From NCBI GenBank assembly GCA_900548005.1, contig URIZ01000001.1, forward strand, positions 214,309 to 278,308: a stretch of 64,000 nucleotides of DNA. The letters are read 5' to 3'. The position numbers and the translations under genes were made by a program. The stretch is from an uncultured Eubacteriales bacterium. Lineage in GTDB: Bacteria; Bacillota; Clostridia; Christensenellales; CAG-917. The stretch's first letter is position 1. Every line of letters begins with the position of its first letter. The notes under the pieces were generated by a model, which worked only from the letters and a program-made list of their open reading frames with translations, did no database searches and was not told the DNA's origin. Of this stretch, positions 26,591 to 36,580 are shown piece after piece.

Positions 26591-28141
26591 TTAACCAAGC
26601 ACGCTTGCGATAAATCTGTCAAATGCGTCTTGACCTTGCTCATCGTTCTTGAACACTGCGGTGGTGTCGAGAATTTGCTCGCAAGCGTTGTTGATATAGT
26701 CCGTAATCGCGCCTGCGGCTTTGCCTTCCGACATGTTGGTGCCGTTGTCAACGACAAGTTGGGTGATCATGCCAAGATGCTTGTGAAGGGGATGATCGTC
26801 TTTTGCGATTGCCTCGAAGTCGAGCGTGGTTTTGCCCGTGAGCAAGTCGCGTATCATCTCGCACTCTCTTGCAAGTCTGCCGGGAAGAATAAACAAGCCC
26901 ATAACTTCGATTATGCCTATCGACTCTTGTTTGATGTTGTGCAGCTCGACTGCGGGGTGGAAGATGCCGAACGGGTGTTGTTCGTCAGTGCGGTTGTTGC
27001 GAAGAATGAGATTGAACTGATACTCGCCGTCGGAGTTGATCGACGCAATGGGCGTGATTGCGTTGTGCTGCACTTTTTCGCCGTCCTTTTGCGTTGAGCA
27101 AAGGATGTTGACGCTCTCGTCGGAGTATACGTCCCAAGCGCGGCGGAATCTGTTGGCGACTTCGATTGCGTGTTCGCGATTTTGGCTTTCTATGCGCACA
27201 ACGGAGTTGTACCAGTCCACAACCGACACGTTGACGTCTGAGAAATCGTCCACTCTAAAATATCTGCGAGAAGGTCTGAAAAACACGGGCAGGATCTTTT
27301 TGCCGCCTTGATAGTGGTCGTGAGCGAGAATCGAGCCGCCCACAATCGGCAAAGACGCGTTCGAGCCGATGAAATAGTGGGGGAACAAGTCCACAAAATC
27401 TATCATACGTCTTAGCGTTGCGTCACTCACGCACATGGGGCGATGCTCCTTGCACACGGCTATTGCGTGTTGCTCGAAGTAGCTGTACGGTGAAAACTGC
27501 ATAAACCAATCTTCGCCGTCAAGTTCAAACGGGATTGTGCGGATTGTTTGTCTTGCCGCCATAGCCAAGTTGCCTGCAAATCCGACGTTTTCGGCGCAAA
27601 GGGGGCATTTTGGATAACCGGTCTTTGCCTCTTTTGCAAGGCGCACTTGTTCGGGCGTTTTTTCGGGTTTTGAAAGGTTGATTGTGACCGTGATGTCTCC
27701 GCGCGGCGATTCGTGCTTCCAAATGATGTTTTTGTCAAAGTCTTTTTGGCGCAGATACAAGCTGTCTATGCCGAGGCGGTGCAAATAGTCGCACGCCTTG
27801 TCCACGCCTTCGAAACTCGCAATGTCGTCAAACGTTTCGATGACTTTGCTCGGGGTGGGCATGCAATAGCCGATGAGTCGCGTTTCGAAATTGAGCCTTT
27901 CGTTCTCGTCGATGAGCTTTTTTCTTGCCGCATAGGCGGAAAGATTTTCCACAACGTCGTATATATCGCCGACTTGGATATCGCTATATTGTCCGGGTTC
28001 TTGAATTTTCAGCGCGTCGAGAAGTTGGTTTTGGGCATAAAAATAGTCCGCTTCGTCAAGAAAAAGACGTTCGGTTGCGTATTTGAGCAATTTTGCCACG
28101 TTTTGTTTTGCCAGTTCGTCATAAGAAATTCTCGGTGACAT
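26591..28141 (-). CDS. galT: UDP-glucose--hexose-1-phosphate uridylyltransferase (long, Firmicutes-type GalT)
   Basis: About 516 aa from the ATG at 28141 (GGAG RBS). The region GYPKCPLCAENVGF...QFSPYSYFEQHAIAVCKEHRPM matches type-2 GalT as I remember it. Confidence 0.85.
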   Translation of the reverse strand: MSPRISYDELAKQNVAKLLKYATERLFLDEADYFYAQNQLLDALKIQEPGQYSDIQVGDIYDVVENLSAYAARKKLIDENERLNFETRLIGYCMPTPSKVIETFDDIASFEGVDKACDYLHRLGIDSLYLRQKDFDKNIIWKHESPRGDITVTINLSKPEKTPEQVRLAKEAKTGYPKCPLCAENVGFAGNLAMAARQTIRTIPFELDGEDWFMQFSPYSYFEQHAIAVCKEHRPMCVSDATLRRMIDFVDLFPHYFIGSNASLPIVGGSILAHDHYQGGKKILPVFFRPSRRYFRVDDFSDVNVSVVDWYNSVVRIESQNREHAIEVANRFRRAWDVYSDESVNILCSTQKDGEKVQHNAITPIASINSDGEYQFNLILRNNRTDEQHPFGIFHPAVELHNIKQESIGIIEVMGLFILPGRLARECEMIRDLLTGKTTLDFEAIAKDDHPLHKHLGMITQLVVDNGTNMSEGKAAGAITDYINNACEQILDTTAVFKNDEQGQDAFDRFIASVLG

Positions 28142-28310
28142 ACAAGGTCTCCAAATGGATAAAATTTTTCGTAAAACATTGTAGCACGGCAATTTTTTTT
28201 ATGCAAGGTTTTGCCCGTTATTTGCCCGAATGAAGTTGTAAATGTCTTGCAAATCTCTTGTGCGTGTGATACAATATAGCATAAATTATGCTATGTAGGA
28301 GCAAAAACCA

Positions 28311-29561
28311 ATGATGGCAAGAGATTTTTTGACCAACGCGAAATTTGAAAAAGCCTGCAAAGACGTTTTCCACGCAACAAAAGAAGAAGAAATCCTTCGC
28401 TTTGAAGAGCTTTTGGCGATGCACAAATCCACGTTCAACACTCAAGACGTGGAGTTTTTCTCGTCCCCGGGGCGCATCGAGATTGTGGGCAACCACACCG
28501 ATCACAACGGCGGAAAAGTGTTGTGCGCCGCAATCAATTATGACACTTTGGCAAGCGTATCCACCCGTACGGACGGCGTGATCGAAGTCAAATCGCAAGG
28601 ATACCCTATGCTAAAAGTGGACGTGGATCATCCCGACTTTTCGGTGAGCGAGATAGGCACGTCCGTTGCGCTCATCAAAGGCGTTGTGGACTATTTCAAG
28701 CGTTCGGGCAAAAAAGCGGGCGGTTTTTCCGCTTGCATGACATCCAACGTTCCGAAGGGCTCGGGCGTGTCTTCGTCAAGTTCGTTTGAGCTTGCGATTG
28801 CAGAGATTCTCAACGTCTTGTACAACGGCTCCGTTCTCGATCCCGTATTCAAAGCAAAAGCGTCGCAATATGCTGAAAACACGTTTTTCGGCAAACCGTG
28901 CGGTCTTATGGACCAAAGCGCGATTGCTCTCGGCGGCGTTGACTTCATCGATTTTGCAAGTTTTGAAGAGCCTGCAATCGAAAAGGCGCATTGGCATTTT
29001 GACGATCTTGACATCTACGTCATCGCAACGGGTGGCGACCACAGCGATTTGACGGACGATTATGCGGCAATTCCGCAAGAGATGAAGGAAGTGGCAAGCC
29101 TGTTCGGCGCAAAACTCCTTCACGAGATCCCCAAAGATAAGTGGGAAAGGGACAAAAACAACATCGTCGGCAAGGTTAGCGAAAGGGCATATTTGCGTGC
29201 GGAACACTTCTTTGAGGAGAACGCACGCGTGGAAAATGCGCTTGCGGCGGTGAAGAACGGCAACGAAGACGAGTTTTTGAAGATTGTCAACGAGTCGGGG
29301 TTTAGCTCGAGATACAAGCTGCAAAACACCTATTCTCCCGCAAGCAGAAATCACAATCTCGAAAACGCGCTTGACAGAGTGGTCAAGATAGAAGGCGTGG
29401 TTGCATCGAGAGTGCACGGCGGCGGATTTGCAGGCACGATTCTCGTCTTTGCCAAGAAGAGCGAAACGGGCGTTGACAACGCACTTGAAATTATGTTCGG
29501 AAAAGACAACGTGTTCAAACTCGCAATTCGCGACAGCGGCGCGGCAAAACTCGATTTATAA
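28311..29561 (+). CDS. galK: galactokinase (GHMP kinase)
   Basis: Galactokinase signature GRIEIVGNHTDHNGG and GHMP motif PKGSGVSSSSS. It is divergent from galT. Confidence 0.8.
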   Translation: MMARDFLTNAKFEKACKDVFHATKEEEILRFEELLAMHKSTFNTQDVEFFSSPGRIEIVGNHTDHNGGKVLCAAINYDTLASVSTRTDGVIEVKSQGYPMLKVDVDHPDFSVSEIGTSVALIKGVVDYFKRSGKKAGGFSACMTSNVPKGSGVSSSSSFELAIAEILNVLYNGSVLDPVFKAKASQYAENTFFGKPCGLMDQSAIALGGVDFIDFASFEEPAIEKAHWHFDDLDIYVIATGGDHSDLTDDYAAIPQEMKEVASLFGAKLLHEIPKDKWERDKNNIVGKVSERAYLRAEHFFEENARVENALAAVKNGNEDEFLKIVNESGFSSRYKLQNTYSPASRNHNLENALDRVVKIEGVVASRVHGGGFAGTILVFAKKSETGVDNALEIMFGKDNVFKLAIRDSGAAKLDL

Positions 29562-29573
29562 GGCGGAAACGTT

Positions 29574-30743
29574 ATGTTTGATTTTATTCTCGCAACGAAA
29601 GATAATCCGAGAGAAGCATTCCGCATCGGCAGTTTGAGCGTGGAATGGTATGGCTTGATCATCGTCATAGGCATGATAGTCGGTCTTGCCTACGCGTGCT
29701 GGCAATCAAAGAAGGTGGGGCTCACTCCCGACGACATCATAGAGTTGTTTTTGTGGCTCATACCGCTTGCCATAGTGTTTGCGCGTCTTTTGTACGTGTT
29801 GCCGAGATTTGACGAGTATTTCGGAAACAACGGTCTTCAAGGCTGGGAAAAATTTGTCAACATCATCGCAATTTGGAAGGGCGGCATCACCATCATCGGC
29901 GGATTGCTCGGCGGTCTTATCGGGGCGGTGTTTTTCTCGCTCAGGCATAAAAAACAAACCAATTTTCTCAACGTCGTCGATTTGGTCGTAGTCCCCGTAT
30001 TTCTCGGACAAATCATCGGAAGATGGGGCAATTTCGTCAATCAGGAAGCGTTCGGCTTGCCAATAACAAACAAGGCGTTGCAATTCTTCCCGTTTGGCGT
30101 GTACATCACAGATCCTAGCGGCGTGAGCGGAAACTTCAAGTCAATCGTTGACAAACATATCGCGGCAGGCGGCGGCGGAAACTGGTTTTGCGCGACATTC
30201 TTCTATGAAGGAGTGTGGAACGCAATCGGCGTTGCAATTGCAGTCGCGCTTTGGAGAAAGGACTATCAAAAGAAATATCCGGGCATTCTTATGATATTCT
30301 ACCTTTTCTGGTACTGCCTCGGCAGATTTTGGCTTGAATTTTTGCGTATGGACGCTGTGCCCGTCACAAAGACGGCTTGCATCATCGTGTCCGTCATCGC
30401 GCTTGTCATTGGCATAGTGTACGTGATTGCTCGCAACAGCAAACTTGCATACTCGAGCTTGCGCGCGCTTGCAAGTTCGGGTGAAAAAGGCGCGTATGTG
30501 AGCGAGTACGAGATCGCAAACTACGAGCGTATCGGCAAAATCTTTGCGAGCGCAAACACGCAATCGGACAAGGCAGGGGACAAAATCGCGGCGTTCTTTG
30601 CAATGCTCACACTCAAGATTTGCTACGTCAGAAAGGACGAAAAAGACTATCTGCCCCTTGACAGAGCGGACGTTGTCGTGGCAAAGAAAGGATACAAAAA
30701 ACGTCTCAAAAACATACAAAAAACCGCAACTTATCAGCTTTGA
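29574..30743 (+). CDS. lgt: prolipoprotein diacylglyceryl transferase with a C-terminal extension
   Basis: Signature GRWGNFVNQEAFG and multiple TM helices. At 389 aa it is about 100 aa longer than typical Lgt, with a basic, soluble-looking tail. Confidence 0.88.
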   Translation: MFDFILATKDNPREAFRIGSLSVEWYGLIIVIGMIVGLAYACWQSKKVGLTPDDIIELFLWLIPLAIVFARLLYVLPRFDEYFGNNGLQGWEKFVNIIAIWKGGITIIGGLLGGLIGAVFFSLRHKKQTNFLNVVDLVVVPVFLGQIIGRWGNFVNQEAFGLPITNKALQFFPFGVYITDPSGVSGNFKSIVDKHIAAGGGGNWFCATFFYEGVWNAIGVAIAVALWRKDYQKKYPGILMIFYLFWYCLGRFWLEFLRMDAVPVTKTACIIVSVIALVIGIVYVIARNSKLAYSSLRALASSGEKGAYVSEYEIANYERIGKIFASANTQSDKAGDKIAAFFAMLTLKICYVRKDEKDYLPLDRADVVVAKKGYKKRLKNIQKTATYQL

Positions 30744-30820
30744 GCGGCTTTTGAAAACAGCGTATAAAGCATACAAAACAATATAGAATACCTTATTGCG
30801 ACTTGCTCGCAGGAGAAATC

Positions 30821-32278
30821 ATGGAACAAAATTATGTTACCGAACGTGTAAAAACCAACAATCTCACGCTTTTGACCGACCTTTATCAGCTTACGATGAT
30901 GAACGGTTATCACCTTTGCGGTCTTGACAAAACAAGGGCCGTTTTCGACGTGTTCTATCGCGGTGCAGGCGGATATTCCTATGCCATTGCCGCAGGACTC
31001 GAACAAGCAATCGACTACGTGCGCAATCTCCATTTTGATGACAGCGATATAGAATATCTCCGCTCGCTCGGCATTTTCGGAGAAGAATTCCTTGCCGCAC
31101 TCAAGAATTTCAGCTTTTCGGGGGATATGAAAGCCGTGCCCGAAGGCACTATGGTTTTCCCCTACGAGCCCATACTCACGGTGTCCGCTCCGCTTTGGGA
31201 AGCGCAACTTGTGGAAACCGCAATTCTCACGTTCATCAATCACCAAACGCTCATCGCAACCAAGGCTGCAAGACTCAAAGAATGTACAAAGAATAAAATA
31301 AGCGAGTTCGGTCTCAGACGCGCACAAGGCGCGGACGCAGGCATCTACGGCGCAAGAGCCGCTTGTATAGGCGGTTGCCGCACAACGTCCAACGTCGTGG
31401 CAGGCAAGCTGTTCGGCATCCCCGTCACCGGCACGCACTCGCACAGCTGGGTTATGTCGTTTGACAGCGAGCTCGAAGCGTTTGAAAAATACGCCGATAT
31501 TTATCCCGACAACTGCTTGCTGCTTGTTGACACCTATGACACACTCAAGAGCGGTGTGCCAAACGCAATCAAAGTGTTTGACGAGCTAAAAGCCAAAGGC
31601 CACAAGCCAATCGGCATCCGTCTTGACAGCGGCGACCTTGCCTATCTCAGCCGCAAAGCGCGCGTTATGCTCGATGAGGCAGGGCACAAGGATTGCCTTA
31701 TCTTTGCCACCAACGACCTTGACGAAGACATCTTGCTTGCGCTCAACACTCAGGACGCAAAAATAGACGTGTACGGCATCGGCACAAAACTTATCACCAG
31801 CTACAACAACGCGTCTTTGGGCGGCGTGTACAAGCTCTGCGCGCTCGAAGAAGACGGCAAACTCGTGCCAAAGATCAAGATCTCGAACAGCCACGAAAAG
31901 ACCACCAATCCCGGCGTGAAAAAGATCGTGCGTATCTTCAAGGACGGCATGGCGCAAGCAGACCTTATTTGCCTTGAAGACGAAGTCATCGACACTTCGA
32001 AGCCGCTCACGATTTTCCACCCCGAGCAAACTTGGAAGAAAACCACTTTCACCGACTACACCGTCAAAGAGCTTATGGTGCCTGTTTTCAAGGACGGAAA
32101 ACTTGTCTACGATATGCCGTCACTCAAACAAATTTGCGACAACGAAGACGAGAACATCAAAGAGTTTTTCCCGGAATATCGCAGAGTCATCAACACTCAA
32201 GAATACAAGGTGGACTTGTCCCAAAAGCTGTGGGATCTCAAAACCGAGCTGCTCAACAAGGCTCACGCCAACGACTGA
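30821..32278 (+). CDS. pncB: nicotinate phosphoribosyltransferase
   Basis: LLTDLYQLTMMNGY N-terminus, about 485 aa. The ATG at 30821 follows AGGAG. Confidence 0.9.
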   Translation: MEQNYVTERVKTNNLTLLTDLYQLTMMNGYHLCGLDKTRAVFDVFYRGAGGYSYAIAAGLEQAIDYVRNLHFDDSDIEYLRSLGIFGEEFLAALKNFSFSGDMKAVPEGTMVFPYEPILTVSAPLWEAQLVETAILTFINHQTLIATKAARLKECTKNKISEFGLRRAQGADAGIYGARAACIGGCRTTSNVVAGKLFGIPVTGTHSHSWVMSFDSELEAFEKYADIYPDNCLLLVDTYDTLKSGVPNAIKVFDELKAKGHKPIGIRLDSGDLAYLSRKARVMLDEAGHKDCLIFATNDLDEDILLALNTQDAKIDVYGIGTKLITSYNNASLGGVYKLCALEEDGKLVPKIKISNSHEKTTNPGVKKIVRIFKDGMAQADLICLEDEVIDTSKPLTIFHPEQTWKKTTFTDYTVKELMVPVFKDGKLVYDMPSLKQICDNEDENIKEFFPEYRRVINTQEYKVDLSQKLWDLKTELLNKAHAND

Positions 32279-32318
32279 CAGAGGCAAAAATCAAACATAT
32301 TTTTCAGAAAAAACACAC

Positions 32319-32350
32319 AATCGCATCCGCAAAAACGGGTGCGATTTTTT
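32319..32350 (+). terminator. rho-independent terminator after pncB
   Basis: AATCGCATCCG-CAAAAA-CGGGTGCGATT followed by a T-run. Confidence 0.75.
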
Positions 32351-32669
32351 GTGCCGAAACAGCCCTTTTGCCGCCTTATTTCTTGTGAAAAAACAACATG
32401 TCGTAACCTGCTTTATTTATGAAAAACCATTGTTTATAAGTTTTGTTTTTTCAGTAAAACAATATCGAATTTAGCCACATTTTTTTGCAAAAAAAATCAT
32501 TGTTTTGTATTTTCTTGTTTTTCACACAAAAGATAGTTTACACGCACGATTTATGGCATAAAGTTGCGATTTGGTATAAAATAAGACTTTTTTCGACAAA
32601 GTTGTGCGTTGATTTTATCTGCAATTTTCTGCTATTGTTTTCATAGAAAAAACGTGCGGAGAGTAGGCT

Positions 32670-33359
32670 ATGAAAAAGAAGAAAATCACAAGATTTCCCA
32701 TATCGAGAAAAGGGTATGACGTGGACGCTGTGGAGAGTTATATCGCCCTTGAAGACGGCAAGGCGGAAGAAACCGAACTTGCGCTTAGAGACAGGATAAA
32801 ACAGCTGTCCGACGAGCTTGAAAATCTCAGGGCGGAAAACGCCGAGTTGAAAGGCAGAGAAGAGCAGATCAAGCTGTGTCTTGTCTCCGCCACCGAAAAC
32901 GCAAACAAACTCACCGACGACGTCAAGGCAAGATACCGCGCCGAGCTTGAAAGACTTCGCTTGTTTCGAGCCAAGTGGACAAGCGCATACGAGCAGATGA
33001 AAGAAAGATACCACTTTGACAAAGATGCGCTCAATGTGGAGAGCGTTGCCGTTGCCGTTGAGATAGAGCTCAAAAAGTTTCTCATGCAGGATTTTTCGCT
33101 CAACAAGTGCGTGAGCGACGACGATATGGAGATGCATTTCAGAAAGGAAGTGGAAAGGCTCAGCGCAAGGCAAACCTCAATTGCAAAAATCACCGATGAC
33201 GGAGACAACGAGGAGTCTTCGCTCAAAGACATGATTAAGAAGGCGAAGGAACAAAAATCGCACGCGGACAAGAATTCGGCGGCTTTTTGCCTAGATGATG
33301 CGCTCAATCCGCCCCAAAGCCTTGATCAGACCTGTCAAGCCTTGTTTCTTGCCAAGTAA
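32670..33359 (+). CDS. DivIVA-domain protein
   Basis: N-terminal F.ISRKGYDVDAVESYI motif followed by long coiled-coil-like sequence. Confidence 0.8.
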   Translation: MKKKKITRFPISRKGYDVDAVESYIALEDGKAEETELALRDRIKQLSDELENLRAENAELKGREEQIKLCLVSATENANKLTDDVKARYRAELERLRLFRAKWTSAYEQMKERYHFDKDALNVESVAVAVEIELKKFLMQDFSLNKCVSDDDMEMHFRKEVERLSARQTSIAKITDDGDNEESSLKDMIKKAKEQKSHADKNSAAFCLDDALNPPQSLDQTCQALFLAK

Positions 33360-33693
33360 AACCGCGCCTTAAAATGTATAAAAAAATACTTTTCGTGTCG
33401 TATTATTAAAATTTTTCAAAAAAATATACGGCAAAATGTATGAAAACTTTTTTCTTGAAAACTCCGCTGTTTAGTGGGGTTTTGTGACATTGTGTGTGGT
33501 ATTTTACACAAGAAAAATCCACTTTTTGAAAAACCATTAAAGAAATTTTAATATTGGGCATTGTTTTTTTTTGCGGAATATGATAGCATAATCTAAGAGT
33601 TACGGCGCACGCTCGTGCATACACTATAATAGTTATAGTAAAATTGCAAAAATCGCCGCCTTGAGAGAAGATATTGTCAAAAAGGGGGTCGTA

Positions 33694-34737
33694 ATGATCT
33701 ACGACGTACAAAAGGCTAGTGTTACGAAGAGATTCGCAGCGTTTCTTCTTGACATCATTCTCATTGCTTGTTTGGCAGTGGGATTTATGGCTCTTGTTGC
33801 AGTTATTTGCAAATACGACACCCATTACAAAAATATGCAATCCATGGCGACTCAGGTTCAAGAAGAAGTCGTCGAAAGTTACAAGCAACAGACCGGTTTT
33901 GACTTGAATATGTCAAAGGAAGAATACGACGCTCTCACTGAAGAGCAGAAGACGCAAGTCAACGAGCTTCGCACAAAAGCCGGCAAAGAAATCACTGAAA
34001 AACTCAATGCAAACAGTGATTTTATGAAAGAGTACAAGTACATAAACGGCTTGACTCCGCTTATGGTTTCAATCGGGATTTTCCTTTCCGTATTGATTTT
34101 TGAATTTATTATCCCCGTAGCATTGAAAAACGGGCAAACTATCGGTAAAAAGGTCTTTGGGCTCGCCGTGATGCACACAAACGGCGTGCGTGTGAGACCT
34201 TTTTCTATGTTCGTTCGCTCCATACTCGGCATGTACGTTTTTGAAATGATGGTGCCGATATACTTGATTTTGATGGCGTTTTTCTATCACGTTTTGAGCG
34301 GATATATCGCAATCGGCGTTATTGTCGCAATCGTGATTTTGCAAATCGCCGTTTTTGCGTACACGTTCAAGAGCACCGCGTCCGTTTTGCACGACTTGAT
34401 TGCAAGGACGGTGTGCGTTGACTTCTCAAGCCAAATGATATTTGACAGCGAAGAAGAGCTTATGGAATTCAAAAAAGCGCAACAGGATGAACTTGCCGAG
34501 AGAGACGCATACCGAGAAGGGAAGAAATTTGACTTCTACAACAGCTCGCTCAATCGCAGAAACGGACGAAAAATCGTTGACGAAAACGGCAAAGAGATCG
34601 TCTATGACGATGAAAAGAAGGAAGAAAGCGCACCTTCAAACGAAACGTCGCAAGGCGAGAGTGTTTCCACTGTCGAAGAAAACGGCAAGGCAAATGCGAA
34701 TGCAAAAAAGCACATAAAGCATAAGAAAAACAAATGA
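33694..34737 (+). CDS. RDD-family membrane protein with a Lys/Glu-rich C-terminal tail
   Basis: The TKRFAAFLLDIILI N-terminus is typical of the RDD family, with several TM helices. The ATG at 33694 follows AAGGGGG. Confidence 0.65.
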   Translation: MIYDVQKASVTKRFAAFLLDIILIACLAVGFMALVAVICKYDTHYKNMQSMATQVQEEVVESYKQQTGFDLNMSKEEYDALTEEQKTQVNELRTKAGKEITEKLNANSDFMKEYKYINGLTPLMVSIGIFLSVLIFEFIIPVALKNGQTIGKKVFGLAVMHTNGVRVRPFSMFVRSILGMYVFEMMVPIYLILMAFFYHVLSGYIAIGVIVAIVILQIAVFAYTFKSTASVLHDLIARTVCVDFSSQMIFDSEEELMEFKKAQQDELAERDAYREGKKFDFYNSSLNRRNGRKIVDENGKEIVYDDEKKEESAPSNETSQGESVSTVEENGKANANAKKHIKHKKNK

Positions 34738-34818
34738 CAACAACGTAAATCGTTGAGCGCGCACGCGACAAAGGTTTATGGATTATAACAAAATATCTTA
34801 TAAAGGAAATATGGGATT

Positions 34819-36579
34819 ATGAAAGTTGTATTAGAAAATTTGACGAAAATTTTCCAAAGTCGACACGAGAAAGGTAAAGAAGTCGTTGCTGTCAACAACT
34901 TCACGTTTGCTATTCCCGACGGAAAATTGGTCGGACTTCTCGGTCCGTCCGGTTGCGGCAAGAGCACCACGCTCTATATGATTTGCGGTTTGCAAAAGCC
35001 GACAGGCGGCAAGATTTATTTCGGTGACGACGACGTGACCGCTCTCGCGCCCGAAAACCGCGGCGTCGGACTCGTATTCCAAAACTATGCGCTTTATCCG
35101 CACATGACGGTCAAGCAAAACATTTTGTTCCCCCTTCAAAACTTGAAAGGCGCAGACAAACTTACCAAAGAAGAAATGCTTGAAAGAGCCTACGATGCGG
35201 CAAAACTCGTGCAAATCGACGAGCTTATGGATCGCAAACCGAGCGAACTTTCGGGTGGTCAACAACAACGTGTCGCAATTGCGCGTGCGCTTGTCAAGAT
35301 GCCCCGCGTTCTCCTTTTGGACGAGCCGCTTTCAAACCTTGACGCGCGTTTGAGACTTCAAACACGTGAAGAAATCAGACGTATCCAAAGAGAGACCAAC
35401 ATCACAACGGTGTTTGTCACCCACGACCAAGAAGAAGCGATGAGCATCTCGGACATGATCGTGGTTATGAAACTCGGCGTCGTGCAACAAATCGGCAAGC
35501 CGCAAGACGTGTATGACAGCCCTGCAAACTTGTTTGTCGCAAAATTCCTCGGAACTCCGCCGATCAACGTGTTCAAGGGCGAAGTGAAGGGTGGCAAAGT
35601 TTATATCGGCAAAGACGCAGTGCTTGACGCTCCTACGGTTGAAGATCAGGACGTGTACGTCGGCATCCGTCCGGAAGGTTTCATTCTTAACGAAAAAGGC
35701 GTGCTCGGATGCAAGCTCAGAAGCGTTGAAGTTATGGGACGCGACGTGAGCATAGTTTCCGAAAACGAAAATGCGGTCAGCCCGATCATCCGTTCAATCA
35801 TCGACGCTACAAGCGTTGTCGACACAAACAAGGACGAAGTGCGTTTCGACATCAAACCCAACAAGATTTTCATCTTCTCTCGTGGAAGAATCGATTGGAA
35901 TGTTCAAGATACGGCAACGGTGAAGTATCAATGGAACAAGATTCGCCGCGCATTGTCCGTTGACGAAGACGGACACGACTTTGACTTTGGCGTGCTTTCC
36001 ACAAGAGAAGAGGCAATCAAAGTTGCCACTGCTCAAGAAAGAAAGGAAAAACAACCCAAGTTTGTCAAGAATTTTGTCAAGAGCGCGCAAAAGAAATTTG
36101 AAAAACTTATCGATTTGTGCACACCCAAGGCAAAACCCGTCGAGCTCAATCTCGATACTCCCTACGTTTGCGTGGTGGATCATCAAGACGGCGCACCCGT
36201 ATATTTTGCGGGCGTTGAAGGCGGCAAACTTGTCACGACTCTCGACATAGCAGAGGCAATGGACGTGTTTGCAGAGCAATTTGACGACGGATTCGGCGTC
36301 TACTATCTTGTCGGAGACGAAAAAGTCTATCCGTCTTTCGTTGTTCACAACTCCGAAAACGACGAGAAGAGAATTTTCCTTTGCCAAGAAGACGAAGAAA
36401 AGTGCTTTGCATATATGAATGAAGTCGTTGCGGATGCAAAAATGACCGCAGACGTAGCAGACGTTGAAGAAATCGTCGAAGAAGTTGTTGAAGACGTCGT
36501 CGAAAACGGCGGAGAAGTTATTGTCGAAGAAAAAGTCGAAGTCAAAAAAGACGAAAACACCGACAGCGAGGTAAAATAA
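34819..36579 (+). CDS. ABC transporter ATP-binding protein (MalK/UgpC/MsmX type) with a ~230-aa C-terminal extension
   Basis: Walker A GPSGCGKST, signature LSGGQQQRV and Walker B LLLDEPLS, followed by a TOBE-like region to about residue 355. An unassigned domain ending in an acidic tail follows. Total length is 586 aa, against about 370 for typical family members. Confidence 0.88.
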   Translation: MKVVLENLTKIFQSRHEKGKEVVAVNNFTFAIPDGKLVGLLGPSGCGKSTTLYMICGLQKPTGGKIYFGDDDVTALAPENRGVGLVFQNYALYPHMTVKQNILFPLQNLKGADKLTKEEMLERAYDAAKLVQIDELMDRKPSELSGGQQQRVAIARALVKMPRVLLLDEPLSNLDARLRLQTREEIRRIQRETNITTVFVTHDQEEAMSISDMIVVMKLGVVQQIGKPQDVYDSPANLFVAKFLGTPPINVFKGEVKGGKVYIGKDAVLDAPTVEDQDVYVGIRPEGFILNEKGVLGCKLRSVEVMGRDVSIVSENENAVSPIIRSIIDATSVVDTNKDEVRFDIKPNKIFIFSRGRIDWNVQDTATVKYQWNKIRRALSVDEDGHDFDFGVLSTREEAIKVATAQERKEKQPKFVKNFVKSAQKKFEKLIDLCTPKAKPVELNLDTPYVCVVDHQDGAPVYFAGVEGGKLVTTLDIAEAMDVFAEQFDDGFGVYYLVGDEKVYPSFVVHNSENDEKRIFLCQEDEEKCFAYMNEVVADAKMTADVADVEEIVEEVVEDVVENGGEVIVEEKVEVKKDENTDSEVK

Positions 36580-36580
36580 T

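Noticed and set aside
26426-27097. 223-aa plus-strand ORF overlapping the 3' part of galT
   Set aside because: It is antisense to a well-supported galT and starts inside a terminator region. It has no RBS and no recognisable family.
32421-33535. Shared TGAAAAACCATT 12-mer in the two AT-rich regions upstream of the divIVA-domain and RDD genes
   Set aside because: This is a single shared 12-mer in low-complexity AT-rich DNA, which is expected by chance.
34738-34818. PhoP/Pho-box-like direct repeats (TTATAA...CTTATAA) upstream of the ABC ATPase gene
   Set aside because: There are only two weak AT-rich half-sites that also overlap likely -10 and RBS sequence, which is insufficient to call a Pho box. 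It would be worth revisiting only if expression proves phosphate-dependent.
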